Made by a program: the position numbers and the translations under genes. The notes under the pieces were generated by a model. That model was not told where the DNA came from. It did no database searches and was given only the letters and a program-made list of their open reading frames with translations. A DNA stretch of 53,881 bases, counting the filler, from Sphacelaria rigidula (taxonomy: Eukaryota), in the NCBI GenBank assembly GCA_964200075.2. It is 5 parts of 5 records of this genome, joined end to end, with 100 filler letters (N's around TTAATTAATTAA, not from the genome) between each part and the next. Parts side by side here need not be neighbours in the genome. Positions count along the whole stretch, not along the records: positions 10,798 to 21,494 come from CAXNAA020006066.1; positions 21,595 to 32,290 come from CAXNAA020006067.1; 3 more parts are not named here. One strand, 5' to 3'. Of the stretch, positions 13,795 to 24,430 are shown one piece after another. The first letter of the stretch is position 1. Every line of letters begins with the position of its first letter.

Positions 13795-14254
13795 ACGGAA
13801 TATAACAGCCAATCATCGAAATTGAGGATGGAGTTTTTCATTGAGGATGAGAACCCGGAGGATTAAAATCTTTGTATCCACACCAAATCTTCGAAATATG
13901 GTTATATTTCTTCACCTGCTGGTAGCTATTGACAAGTACTACACTTCATACAAATTTGGATATCGATAAACGAAATGTTGGCATTCTAGGTGAAGAAAAA
14001 CAAAATGGGGAACTTTGGCGATCCGATCGGATCACCTAAATCCCCTAAATTGTTTCTTTATCTAGGACCCCAACATTTCGGTGATCGATATCCAAATTTG
14101 CAGAGCGTGTAGCATTTATCAATAGCTACCGGTAGGTGAAGGAATGGAACCATATTTCGAAGATTGGTGTGGATACAAAGATTTTAATCCCTGGGTTCTC
14201 ATCCTCAATGAAAAGCTCCATACTCAATTTCGATGGTCGGCTGTTATATGCCGT
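13795..14254. mobile_element. ~460-bp near-perfect palindrome (foldback MITE)
   Basis: The left arm acggaatataacagcc...ttcattgaggatgagaaccc...gattaaaatctttgtatccacacca is mirrored on the right. The centre is GATCCGATCGGATC at 14020-14033. Confidence 0.85.
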
Positions 14255-15959
14255 AGATGCTAAATTCAGTGCGAACCTGCTACGGATGGGATCTTCCACC
14301 TGACAATCCCCAGTTCAAGTTTCACGCCCGCCTGCGTGGATCCTACATCGAATACAACGCCACCATAGATGGCCTGGCCGGCACCCATAACTCTTACCGC
14401 CCTTCAGGGTATTTAGAAACGCCTGGTATTCACTACACACCTGGCAACCCTTCGGGTCGCTCAAACATGGCTCACGGCACACAAACGGGGATGAGGAGCA
14501 TTATACCTAGACAACAGCACCCATAGAAGACACAACGGCTGCGCAACCATCACGCGAACATTCAACTTGGTGTTTCCACTCCAATTCTGTACCGAGCGGA
14601 ACGCAGCAGCAATGTAGCAGCTCAGGCGATGCCCACCGTAGACCATACCGTCCACGCAGGGTTCAAACACAGCACAACACAACGACATCTACACCATAGA
14701 AATGGAGGGTGTGGGCACGAAGCGCCTTGTTCGTTTTATAGAAGGCCCAACAGCCAACACAACGTGACGTTTCAATAGTGTAGAGAGGACTACGTGTCGA
14801 CTACAATTTCGGTCCAACCGGAAAACGACAATGATACAGTAGTTCAGACAAATCTTAGCGTAGATCAAACCGTCTTCGCAGGGTTCAAACGCACTACTCT
14901 GCAGTGTGTCAGCAGCTACAGCATAGGAGTAATGCTTCTGGGCATAGAGTACTTGTTCGTTGCGAACGACACAACGCCTAACAAACACATCATAGACTTC
15001 AGCTTGACAAGACAGCAACGCGTACCGACTACAATTGATATGTACAGACGGAACACAAAACACCACAACAGCTCATGCAACCCTGGCGGAGGCGAAACCG
15101 CCTTCGCTAGGTCTTAACGCCCTACGGAACATTCACAGCTACAGCACACGAGAGTGGGCGTGAGGGTTCTTGTGCTTATGTAAAGTAAAGCGTGGCATGT
15201 CTCACAGTTTAATTCCTTACCCGATTTTCAACAGCTTCTCAATTTTGGTGGGGGATTCACAATGGCATTCCCATTTTGATGAGACACTTACCTACTGACC
15301 AAAGTTGGAAATGGTCGGAGCCACTGTTGTTCACAATCGTCAATGACGTTCCATAAAGTGCGGTTTTCCGCATTTTTTTCAAATTTTGAAACAAAATATT
15401 GAGCGGCTCCCATGAGAATTAGTCTCATTTCTCCCTGAAGTGAAATAACAAAAACGAAGAATGCAGCTTGGGATTAGTAACGCCGACGAAACTCGTCGGG
15501 TTGATATGACTGAAGCAGAATTGTCGGGTGACCATCGTACGGTATCGTGGGTTGGGTAGAATACACTTGTAGGCGGTCATGTCTCAGAAGCGAATCCCTA
15601 TTTCCACGCAGCAAAGAAGGCGAAGTGGCTGTGCTAAAAAGCCTGGAATCTTGTTCAAGGACGAAGCCAAGACGCGCACGCACTACGATATTCTAGAGAG
15701 CAAAGACTCGTGCCACGAACCCGAAAAGCTGACAGCACCATGCGTTTATCTTGCGACTACGGGTGGGTTTGTAGCGGATCACTCGATTAACGTGCGAAAA
15801 TGAATTATTTTACCTGTTATTCCATACACCTACCCCATGCTCCACAGCATGTACCCACATCCATTACTCCGGATGTATGATACTTGTCATGCTACTTATG
15901 ACGTGTCAGTGATATGTCAGTGCTAGCTGGCGTGGAGCGATCAGTGACGTCGTGGCTGG

Positions 15960-16620
15960 ACGCTTTCCCTCGCCGCTCACTCGACGACGTTTTTTCACCA
16001 GATCCCCAATGTACAGGGCGGAGCTTCAACGTCTTGTCCCTTGCGGACATCCTTTTGCTTTAACCGCGGATCCATGAGATATTCGAGTACACGCTTATAC
16101 ATGATGGAGGTAAACATGGCATGATGCATTTTAATAAAGCTAAATATCACAAGACGCTTAGCGCGGAGCCAACTGAAACGCTATAATGTCTGGTTGTATG
16201 ATGCCGTGAATTCATCACCCCCGTCGTGACTGTTCTCATCCAGTATTTCTTCATGAATCCTGAGGCTACCCCACCTTCCCGGAACGCAAACCGATTTGAC
16301 CGAAGCTTGGTATCTGTGCTGATGGTATGCCGCCAACGTCGGTGCATGAGCTTTGTATCATACACCCCGTCGACTCTCGACAGCTCTGTTTGAAACATTA
16401 CTCCCGTAAAACTTGTCAATACATATTGGAAGAGTTGAAATAATACATTCAAGTGACGTGTGACATATACGCTATGTGCAGGTGTGTTCATCCCAACCAA
16501 TGGTACGCATGGCATATCTTGATCTGAATTCCACAAGATGGTGGCCGAGGTTTCGCTCACATCTGCCTTACAGCATTCCCAGCGCTGCCAAACGATGGGT
16601 TTTGATTACCGCCATTCTGT
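15960..16620 (-). pseudogene. Possible degenerate DDE transposase remnant (piggyBac-like C-terminal region)
   Basis: ORF 16147..16560 contains ELSRVDGVYD followed by KKYWMRTVTTGVMNS, loosely like the piggyBac GVDxxD...KKWW...NA motifs. The resemblance is weak and the region is disrupted. Confidence 0.25.
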
Positions 16621-17559
16621 TGCAGCTTTCCCAGCGCTCCGGCAAAACATCCACATTAACACCGTGGCCCCAAGAACACCGCATAACAAGATCTAAACCG
16701 AAACTATCACCCCACGCGATATCGAGGAGCGCGGCACCGAAAGCGTCGCAATAGTGAGAGCTGGAAACGCAATTCGTGAGATGGAACCAGAGCTGGCGGT
16801 TTAGTTTTTCTCGATCATTGGATTGGAGTCTACGTGCTCTACACCGGATGTACCTTCAGGTGGGCTGAGCGCATCACTCAGGGGTGCTACGCATATAGAA
16901 CCGACGCATCTGAAACCTACTTACAAACTCGAGCACTATTCACTGCGCAGATGATGTATGAGACATTAATCTCATACGTAAACTCTTGGGTGTGAAATCA
17001 GCCAGCAAGAGTCAGTGCGGATCAGAACAAGGCATCAACAGGAACGGGAGCCGGTACGGTCCAATGCGCGGAACTGAAAGAAACTGTTCCATAAACAATA
17101 CCGTATCCAGTGTGATTCAGTCAAGCCAGAACAGCTCCGTGGTTCTAAACTGAAGGCTTTTATAGTCGAGGTTCAGGGCTGAGGTCCAGGAAGGAGGTTC
17201 AGAGCTGTACACCAAGCTAGGGAGTGACAAGATGGAGAAATATCGAAAGCGCGGCGATTCAGCACCCGATTCGGGACAATCGTCTGCTCAATCCACCAAG
17301 ATCTCTCTCGAGTATTATCTTGCTCTGCTATAAACGGTGCACTGCGAGGAAGCGCGCCACGGACGCATGAGACACCTCACAAGTGCAGACTCACAACACC
17401 TCCGTTTTGTGTCATCAACTTCTGAAGAGGCTGTCGATAACGTATCCGTTGGGTAACTTCGTCACCTCCTCGTGCGATATTCGACGGGTTCCTGATGGGC
17501 ATACTCATTCCGCCAACCGTCATTCGCTGTGCATCAATTCAGCACCTCGATGTGTCCCC

Positions 17560-18014
17560 GCAAGCAGCCGTCAGGCACATTCATTACGCCCCTGGGGCAC
17601 CCGCTTGCTCTGCTCTACTTGAGCCTGCCAAGATGTTCTCCTCCGGCGATATGCGGCTTCGTCCCAAGAATATCCGTTAGCTCTACGCTGTTGGAGTAGT
17701 TCGAGGGGTCCATCTCCAGGGACGAAATGGTGGTATATAAATCCCAAACACATGTGTTAGCTTTGCGCCCTCTTAGCACCGTGAAATGCTCCCTCAAAGC
17801 AGCCTCCAGCACATGACTCCTGACGACTCTGTACCACGTGAGCACTCCGAGGTGCTCCCTTTCGGCGACCAAACAGCATTTACTCTCGTCCCAGGGACAG
17901 CCGTTTGCTCTGCGCCCTTGAAGAGATCCTATGTTCTCATCAGGTTGCTAATTGACACGTGCCGGACTACCAAGATTGGTTCCTCCATCTTGCGATTTTG
18001 GGTCTATTAAACCA
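17560..18014 (-). pseudogene. Ty1/copia gag remnant with PBS-like motif
   Basis: The minus strand reads TGGTTTAATAGACCCA (resembling the copia PBS GGTTATGGGCCCA), followed by broken frames DLFKGAEQ...LEAALREHF...LYTTISSLEMDP, which are gag-like. Confidence 0.4.
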
Positions 18015-18277
18015 CTAGAAACAGCGATACATTTGCGCAATATGTTTGAGTCGAAAACTACATTACCGTCTTGACAGCGGTCATTTTAAGTCCGGGTATG
18101 CTCATGGGGAGGTTTTTCATTTGGTTTCAATGTCGCGAACCCTCCTGCCGTATTCGCAAGGATTCCGAAACTTCGCAGTGAAGGGGTGAAACTTATGTAG
18201 ATTATATTCATTTTATTCCATCTGCCCAGAACCATCAGGGAATGCGACACGAATTTTGTAGCCCCTGGGATATTCAC

Positions 18278-18640
18278 GGCCGCTCCCATGGCTCAGCTGG
18301 TAACCTCGAGATCTCCTGACGGTTGGGCCGTGGGTTCGAATCTCGGTAAAATCACACGATCTGGGAGTATTTATCACCCCATGCCCAACAGTGGAGAGCG
18401 ACAATGTCGTAGGTACACGAACGTTTCGACTCACGGTCAGCGAGGAAAAAATAACCACTGAACCCCTCTCGCGACAAAAAATATGGCAAGCATTGCACCA
18501 GGAAGGCGGAGCACTGGCACAAAGTTTGGAAAAGCGTGTGTTGTCCTTCTTCCTGAGTGACACCGGCTGATGCGCCCACATATACCGAAAGGTGAGACTA
18601 GCGTCCAGAACAGATGGGATGACAACACACATACAACACA
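18278..18640 (+). mobile_element. tRNA-derived SINE, copy A (full length)
   Basis: Pol III A box TGGCTCAGCTGG and B box GGTTCGAATC in a tRNA-like head. The body is homologous to 47802-48099 and 24169-24430. It ends in GGGATGACAACA plus a CA-rich tail. Confidence 0.8.
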
Positions 18641-18715
18641 GACATCGTGGCCCAGTAGACGTCCAGACTAGATGGGATGACAACAAGTGTTACAGAGGTC
18701 CAGTAGACCGGGGGC

Positions 18716-20330
18716 GTGCAAGAAAGCGATGTCATCGATAGGGACAGGTCTTCAAGGGGGGCAGCCGAAGCGACCCAACCGCTGAGGCAGCCTGTTGAGA
18801 CAGCCGATCAAGCCTTGCAGGAAGCCCACAGGGCTATCGCAAAACGAAGAGGAAGCCCCATCCGCGGGCGACCACAGGGAAGAACGCGCGACGGGGCGCG
18901 GGGCTTGTGCCCTAAACGTGAGTCAGTCGCTCTTGACTTCCCTAGCGGACATCGTGTCGTTGGTCCACTTATACTTCGGGGAACCGTGGCCAATTTTCTG
19001 GAGAAGGCTCAGAGATTTCTCATTTCGAACACGAGCCCATCACGTTTGCGAGAGCCGAAGGCATCAACTGGATATTGACCATGTCTACCGACAGCTCGCG
19101 TGGTGTAGCGGTTGGTGAGTGACACGGAGTTTATCTTTGCTGTAGTTGAAGGGACCACATGGCAAGGGCATAGTGGCTGCGAACGTCAGGGCTAGATAAT
19201 GTCGATTGCTAGCTGGAAAGTGAGAAGGTCAAGACATTCTGTGTAGAGCTGCTTCCCCTGCGGCAGTATGGCATGAGCTAACAGAGACAGGTAGTACCAA
19301 GACTGATGGGGCTAGGCTGGCGTTGTTGGTATCGTACGACCACGTCAAGATCGGAGTTCGAGATGACCCGATCCAGAAGCTGGTCAAAATAGAAGGGTCG
19401 GCTCGACAATTACGAACGTACGATTGCCGTAAAAACCTGAACGAAGCGCACACGCTATTGAAATTTGTCAACGTCCTTCCGTCCGAGCACAACATCCAGA
19501 AGCAAACGCTGGAGGCCCGCGAGGGCCCTCTCTTGCGGGAAACCGTGGTGACCTCTGTTCGAAAATGATTCGAATCGAGACCATTCAAGCAGCAGCTCAC
19601 CGGATGGAAGACATCGCCTGGTGACCAAGCTCTTGTTGCCGAGGGCAAACCCGGCAGATCTAACGGCTCGCGCCGAAAGGAGGAGCCGAAAACGGCCCTG
19701 AGCTCAGTCGCGGCAGCGACTGGGGCCAGGGTTCGAGCAGTCAGCAGTCAGCAGCCAGCTGTCATCATCTTCGAACAGCCAAGCGGCGACTGGCACACTG
19801 TGCCCTTGCCGCACTTGCCAGCAAATAACAATGCATCGGGCGAGAGATTGCCGGCAAAGACACTGTGGTAAGAGTGGGGAGAAAAACACGAAATGCTCGA
19901 TTGCCCGAGGGCGCGAGCAGCTGGTAAAAATGTGGTCATGGTGGTGGGCTCCGTGAACAAGTTCGACGACTCTCCCGTGTGTTCGGATGCAGAGGCAGGT
20001 ATTCACCAGCGTGGACACGAAAATCGACGATACCACAGGCGAAGATGCCTTTTTATCGGAACGGGGAGTGCAGAACAGGAAGATGGGGGGCACCGTGGGT
20101 GTTTGACACAAGGGCGAGCCAGAATTTCTCGCCTAATTCTAGCAGGATGAAAGGGTACCGGAATATACGGACAGGGTAGAGCGGGCGGTAATATCTACTC
20201 GATCGTTAGGAGAGGCAACTTGTGTCTCGCCTTTCGATGAGCAATGTCGCGGTGGGGGTGCTCTTTTTTTTGTGGGGCTCTTTGCTGTTGGAGTCTCTCG
20301 GTGACAAATATATGGGCCTTAGTGTGAAGC
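18716..20330 (+). pseudogene. Degenerate Ty1/copia LTR retrotransposon gag-protease
   Basis: Frameshifted motifs occur in the expected order: SPAAVWHELTE...ARLALL..YDHVKIGVRDDPIQKLVKIE...LLKFVNVLPSEH..QKQTLEARE...VVTSVRK*FES (gag), CRTCQQ..HRARDC (zinc knuckle) and WVFDTRASQNFSP (copia protease WxxDSGAxxH-like). Multiple stops. Confidence 0.8.
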
Positions 20331-20441
20331 CTCAGAAAACTTTTGGAGTGAAGAGTGCACCCTACCGTGGCGTCACTCCGATATAATAGACAGGCTGTGG
20401 CACTGCGCGTCAAACATGTGGACCACGTACGACACTCTCTA

Positions 20442-20667
20442 CAATAGCCCCCAAAAACACCAGCGCAAAACTGTCACGAAGAAAATGGTCGTATAGCCCC
20501 TGATGTTTGGGTTCAGACTACATGAAGCGCCTCATGTCGGCGACATTGGCGAAAACGAACCGAAGCGGGGAAATTCCCAGCTGCTCGTTGCGCTTGGCTT
20601 CCCCCATTCGATTTACGTGTAGATTTTGCCTCTCCAAACCCACCATTTTGGGGAGGGGGGGCTATAG
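20442..20667. mobile_element. MITE (~230 bp), copy 2, TA target-site duplication (Tc1/mariner-type)
   Basis: TA|CAATAGCCCCC...GGGGGCTATAG|TA; homologous to 9509-9740. Confidence 0.75.
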
Positions 20668-20855
20668 TACAAAGTGCCGTACCAGGGGTCCGTCACCACC
20701 TGCCATTACTGACCCGGATCTCAAACGCAGGCCACACCTACACTTGATCTCACGATGGATTCAGAAGAGAACTAAAGTCAGGTAACACATTGAAAATGCG
20801 ACTCCTCAAGCTTCACACCCACCGCATTAATCCATCCAACTAGCCATCATGATCA

Positions 20856-21266
20856 TGTGAAAAGGTGATTCCTTGACAGACACTTGTGGGAACTTGTCCC
20901 TTCTATGTGGTGGTCCCCACATCACCCTCCCCCCTTTCATGAACCGCTTGGAGGTTTCGTAGGAGTAACCTTTTACCCCGACTAGCGGTTGGAATCTTGC
21001 TATTCAACTCATATATCTTCTATGTGTGTTGGATCATCCAACTAACAATCGCCGCAGGAGATTTTCCGTGAGTTTTGAACTCCACTTTAGAGGGTATCCA
21101 CCATTTTTTCGGCTCCCATCACTTTGGTGGGATTGGGGATTTCACCCCGAGACCTTCTGTTCGTGAAGCGTACGAGCTATCTCACTAGTGTCGCCAGTGT
21201 GAAAAGGTGATTCCTTGACAGACCTCTGGGAATTTGTCTCTTCCATGCGGTGGTTCCCACAATCAC
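20856..21266. repeat. Pair of ~70-bp direct repeats (20856-20925, 21198-21266)
   Basis: Both begin tgtgaaaaggtgattccttgacagac and end ...cccaca(a)tcac. Confidence 0.75.
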
Positions 21267-21330
21267 GAGTATGTATCCGCATATGTTTTAATTGCCTTGG
21301 GGGTACTGCGCCCCGCCCCCCCCAAGTCCT

Positions 21331-21494
21331 AGACATAACATGAAATAGAGAAGCTAACCCTCCTTTTTCTTCAACCTACTCTAACACAGCCCAGACATAG
21401 ACATGAAATACAGAAGCTAACCCTCCTTTTTCTTCAACCTACGATAACACACCCCAGACATATACATGAAATACAACAGCTAAACCTCCGTTTT
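21331..21494. repeat. ~63-bp tandem repeat, ~2.6 copies, running into the contig end
   Basis: The unit agacata.acatgaaata.agaagctaaccctcctttttcttcaacctac..taacaca.ccc is repeated. Confidence 0.85.
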
Positions 21495-22547
21495 NNNNNN
21501 NNNNNNNNNNNNNNNNNNNNNNNNNNNNNNNNNNNNNNTTAATTAATTAANNNNNNNNNNNNNNNNNNNNNNNNNNNNNNNNNNNNNNNNNNNNCCCCCC
21601 CCCCGGTACTCCGTCTCGAAAGGGATGCGTGGTCAATGGTCAAATGACTAAGGCGAGCAACAAATGAGTACGCCCCCCCCCCCGGCTGGTGAGAGGGCCC
21701 CGCGGGGGCGCCGCTGGAGGGACGTAAAAGCGCAGTAATTTTCTGTTTTTCCCTTCGAAAATCGTTGACAATTTTCAAAAATTTGAACCCTCATATGACG
21801 GAGCTGAGAGACTTAGGTTACATCAAAATCTTATATCATCCAACATGGTGAACGATTTGCAAAGCATTCATCTGTGTTATACAGCAGCCAAGACTCTCCA
21901 TCACGAGTGGCGGGGGGTGGGGAAAAGCCAAGGCTGGCAGCACGCGGGGGAAAGAGCTAAAATACGCACGAAGCTGAATAGCAAGCGATGGCCTACTTTG
22001 TTTGTTGTGGTTGCAGGCGCCGTTTGTTTGTGTTCGGATGTGGTGCAGTGAAACGGCAGACCTTCTCAGCAGATATACGCTCTATCACTTCGAGATGTGG
22101 TAAGCATGTGCTGCATCATGTTCAGAACGCTTATCACAATGCTATTAGCAATTGACATTTGGGGTTTGACGCTTGGGACTTCCGCATCAAGCGTGCCGCC
22201 TTTTGCTCTCTAACGTCTCGCTTATTTCGTCCTTTTCCATTTTCCCCGTTGAGGGTATGCACATTACCACTCATTGAGGTCGACTCACCAGCCGTCGACC
22301 TACACGCTATTATTATGGTCGAGAAGAAAAACTGCTGAATCACGAGGTACCAAACCAAGCAGATGGGATGAAAACCATATAACGATGCAAGCATCTCTGA
22401 GGTACAATTACCATGCTAAAACTGGTATAAATAATTATACCCGGTGACGGCAAAATTCAAAACATACTGGTCAACTGGCACCCTCGTCGCTTGGTCCAAT
22501 TTACCTCCTGTTCCAGCTTAAATCGCGATTTCAAAAAAAACTAAATT

Positions 22548-22632
22548 CATCTGGCGGGAATCAAACCCCGCGATTCTCCCGCCCAAACGGTATATCAGTT
22601 GTGCTTTTTTAATTTAGGCTACCGGGGCGCGG
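22548..22632 (-). mobile_element. Possible degenerate tRNA-derived SINE head of a second family
   Basis: The minus strand reads GCCCCGGTAGCCTAAATT...GGGGTTTGATTCCCGCC, with degenerate A and B boxes and no complete cloverleaf. Confidence 0.35.
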
Positions 22633-22825
22633 CGGCATAGGTTGAAAGTTAAATTCATAGGTTTCCAGTTGAAGATAATGATCTCCTACGAGCCACTACT
22701 TGCCCAATAGATATTTCTAAGCAGCAGCGGTTGCTTTCAGTTGGAAAGTGCGCGTTCTCGTCAAATAGCTGTCTATTTTAGACTAGCTGCCTTGTCTCCC
22801 CATTCGGTTCTACTGAAGGGAGGTT

Positions 22826-23035
22826 TCGACAGGCGACGAGTCGCACAGGTTCTGCATTTAGTAGTCGTCGACGCAGGCGACTAGCCGCACAGGGGTTTCA
22901 TTCAGCAGTTGTCTATGGTCGACTAGTTGTCATACTTCGTCTTTTAGTTGTCATCTACATACGACTAGTCCCCGGAACATTTATTGAGTAGTCGTCTGCA
23001 CGCGACTAGTTGCACACGTTCCTCACCCAGTAGTG
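22826..23035. repeat. Diverged ~42-bp tandem array, ~5 units with CGACTAG core
   Basis: The core agtagtcgtc-N4-6-cgactag recurs at 41-44-bp spacing. Confidence 0.6.
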
Positions 23036-23434
23036 TTGCTCTAGGCCCAATAACCCGTGTCATGTATTTCTTCTTGTGTTCTGTTGGCCTGTGTTGCTTC
23101 CGGTAGGTGGCATGCCTTCTCCTATCGGCGGTCGCTTGCTTGTTCCGCCTACATTACCGCAGAGCTTCTTTTTTTCAGATTTGTTCATGGCCGCTGTCGT
23201 TTTTTTTGTTATTTTCTCACTACTCGTAGCGTAAATACAGAACTACAATTGAAAATACCATTAGCGAGTCTTGCCCCCCCCCCCCCCCACCCCCCCCACC
23301 CCCCCCCCCCCCCCCCCACCCCCNNNNNNNNNNTTTTTTTTTTTTTTTTCCTCCCCCCGTAGCGCGATTCAACACACCCCAAAGAAAAACCCCTTCCCCC
23401 GTCCCCCCCCCCCCCCCCCCCCCCCCCCGAAAAC

Positions 23435-24015
23435 TCCAGTACCCTGGTCCGGCGAAAACCTGACGTGCTCCGTCCCAGCTTTGTAGGGGCGGACCCCCGT
23501 GTGAGGTTGGCGTCGGTTGGTGATGACGCTGTAAAACACACGCCACTCACTGTGTAAGCGAGGCAACCAGGTTACGATTGTGTTGCGCGCTTGAGTTTTT
23601 TTGCGATAACCATTATGGTAGTCGAGCTAGATCATATTGTGCGGGGTGAGAGAACCTCAACTCCGCGCAAAGGAGATGCTTGTACTACATAGTGGTTCAT
23701 GGTGAGACACCCACGAGGCAGTGTAAAAGCCGTGGCTGTCTCTGGAAGTGGCGATACCAGGAAATGAAGCAACCCATTTTTTAATAGGATGTCATCCAAA
23801 TGCAAGATGATCAGTACGCCTCGGGCGGAACAATCTTAGCAGGATGCAGCTCACCCTTCATGCGACTCGCAGAGCACACCACGGCGCTTCGCGCTTGGTG
23901 ATTGATTGCGGGCCTGGTCCGGCGAAACCCGGCGTGCTCCATCCCGGCTTTGTAGGGATGCGATGTCAATGGCCATATGACTATGGTATGCAAGGTCATG
24001 AGTACCCCTCCCCCC
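23435..24015 (+). mobile_element. ~500-bp dispersed repeat ending in GAGTAC-C-run, copy 1
   Basis: 23505-24015 is the diverged reverse complement of 27628-28095. ctggtccggcgaaa...ctttgtaggg is duplicated internally (23443, 23914). Confidence 0.75.
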
Positions 24016-24168
24016 CTCTCCCCCCTCCCGAAATCTTCGAATTTTTCTGCAGAAAAAAAAATGTTCTCCGGAGAAGAATGTGAAAGCAGATTTCTCAACC
24101 AGGTCAAGCAATAGATCAACTGAAGTGTGAAAAAAAAAAACGGTTTTGCCCTAGAAACAGGCTCACAA

Positions 24169-24430
24169 GTGTTGTGTGTTGTATTGTCGTCTCATATACT
24201 CTGGACGCCGGTCTACACCTTTCGGTAAAAGCGGGCGCACCAGCCGGGGTCACACAGGAGGAAGGTCAACACAGGAGGAAGGTCAACACAGGAGGAAGGT
24301 CAACACAGAAGTTTTTACTTTTTGTTGGTTTTTAGTACCCCACCTTCCTTCTGCGGTGCTCGCCTTTTTTTCTATCGCGAGAGGGGTTGAGCAGTCCCTT
24401 TCCGTCGTTGACCATTAAGTCGAATTTTGT
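24169..24430 (-). mobile_element. tRNA-derived SINE, copy B (5'-truncated)
   Basis: Matches the 3' two-thirds of copy A, including the tail. It carries a 17-bp internal triplication (ggtcaacacaggaggaa). Confidence 0.8.

Larger units (their letters stand above)
13289..17386. repeat. Large diverged inverted duplication: arms ~13289-14260 (interrupted by the palindrome) and ~16906-17386
   Basis: gcgcttcctcgcagtgcaccgtt, gagagatcttg, ttgagcagacga, tgtacagctct and atctgcgcag occur in order on the left and as reverse complements on the right. Confidence 0.75.

Noticed and set aside
22826..23035. CRISPR array (also considered for the 42-bp array at 35085-36065)
   Set aside because: The repeats are imperfect, the linkers are short and partly homologous, the context is eukaryotic, and no cas genes are present.
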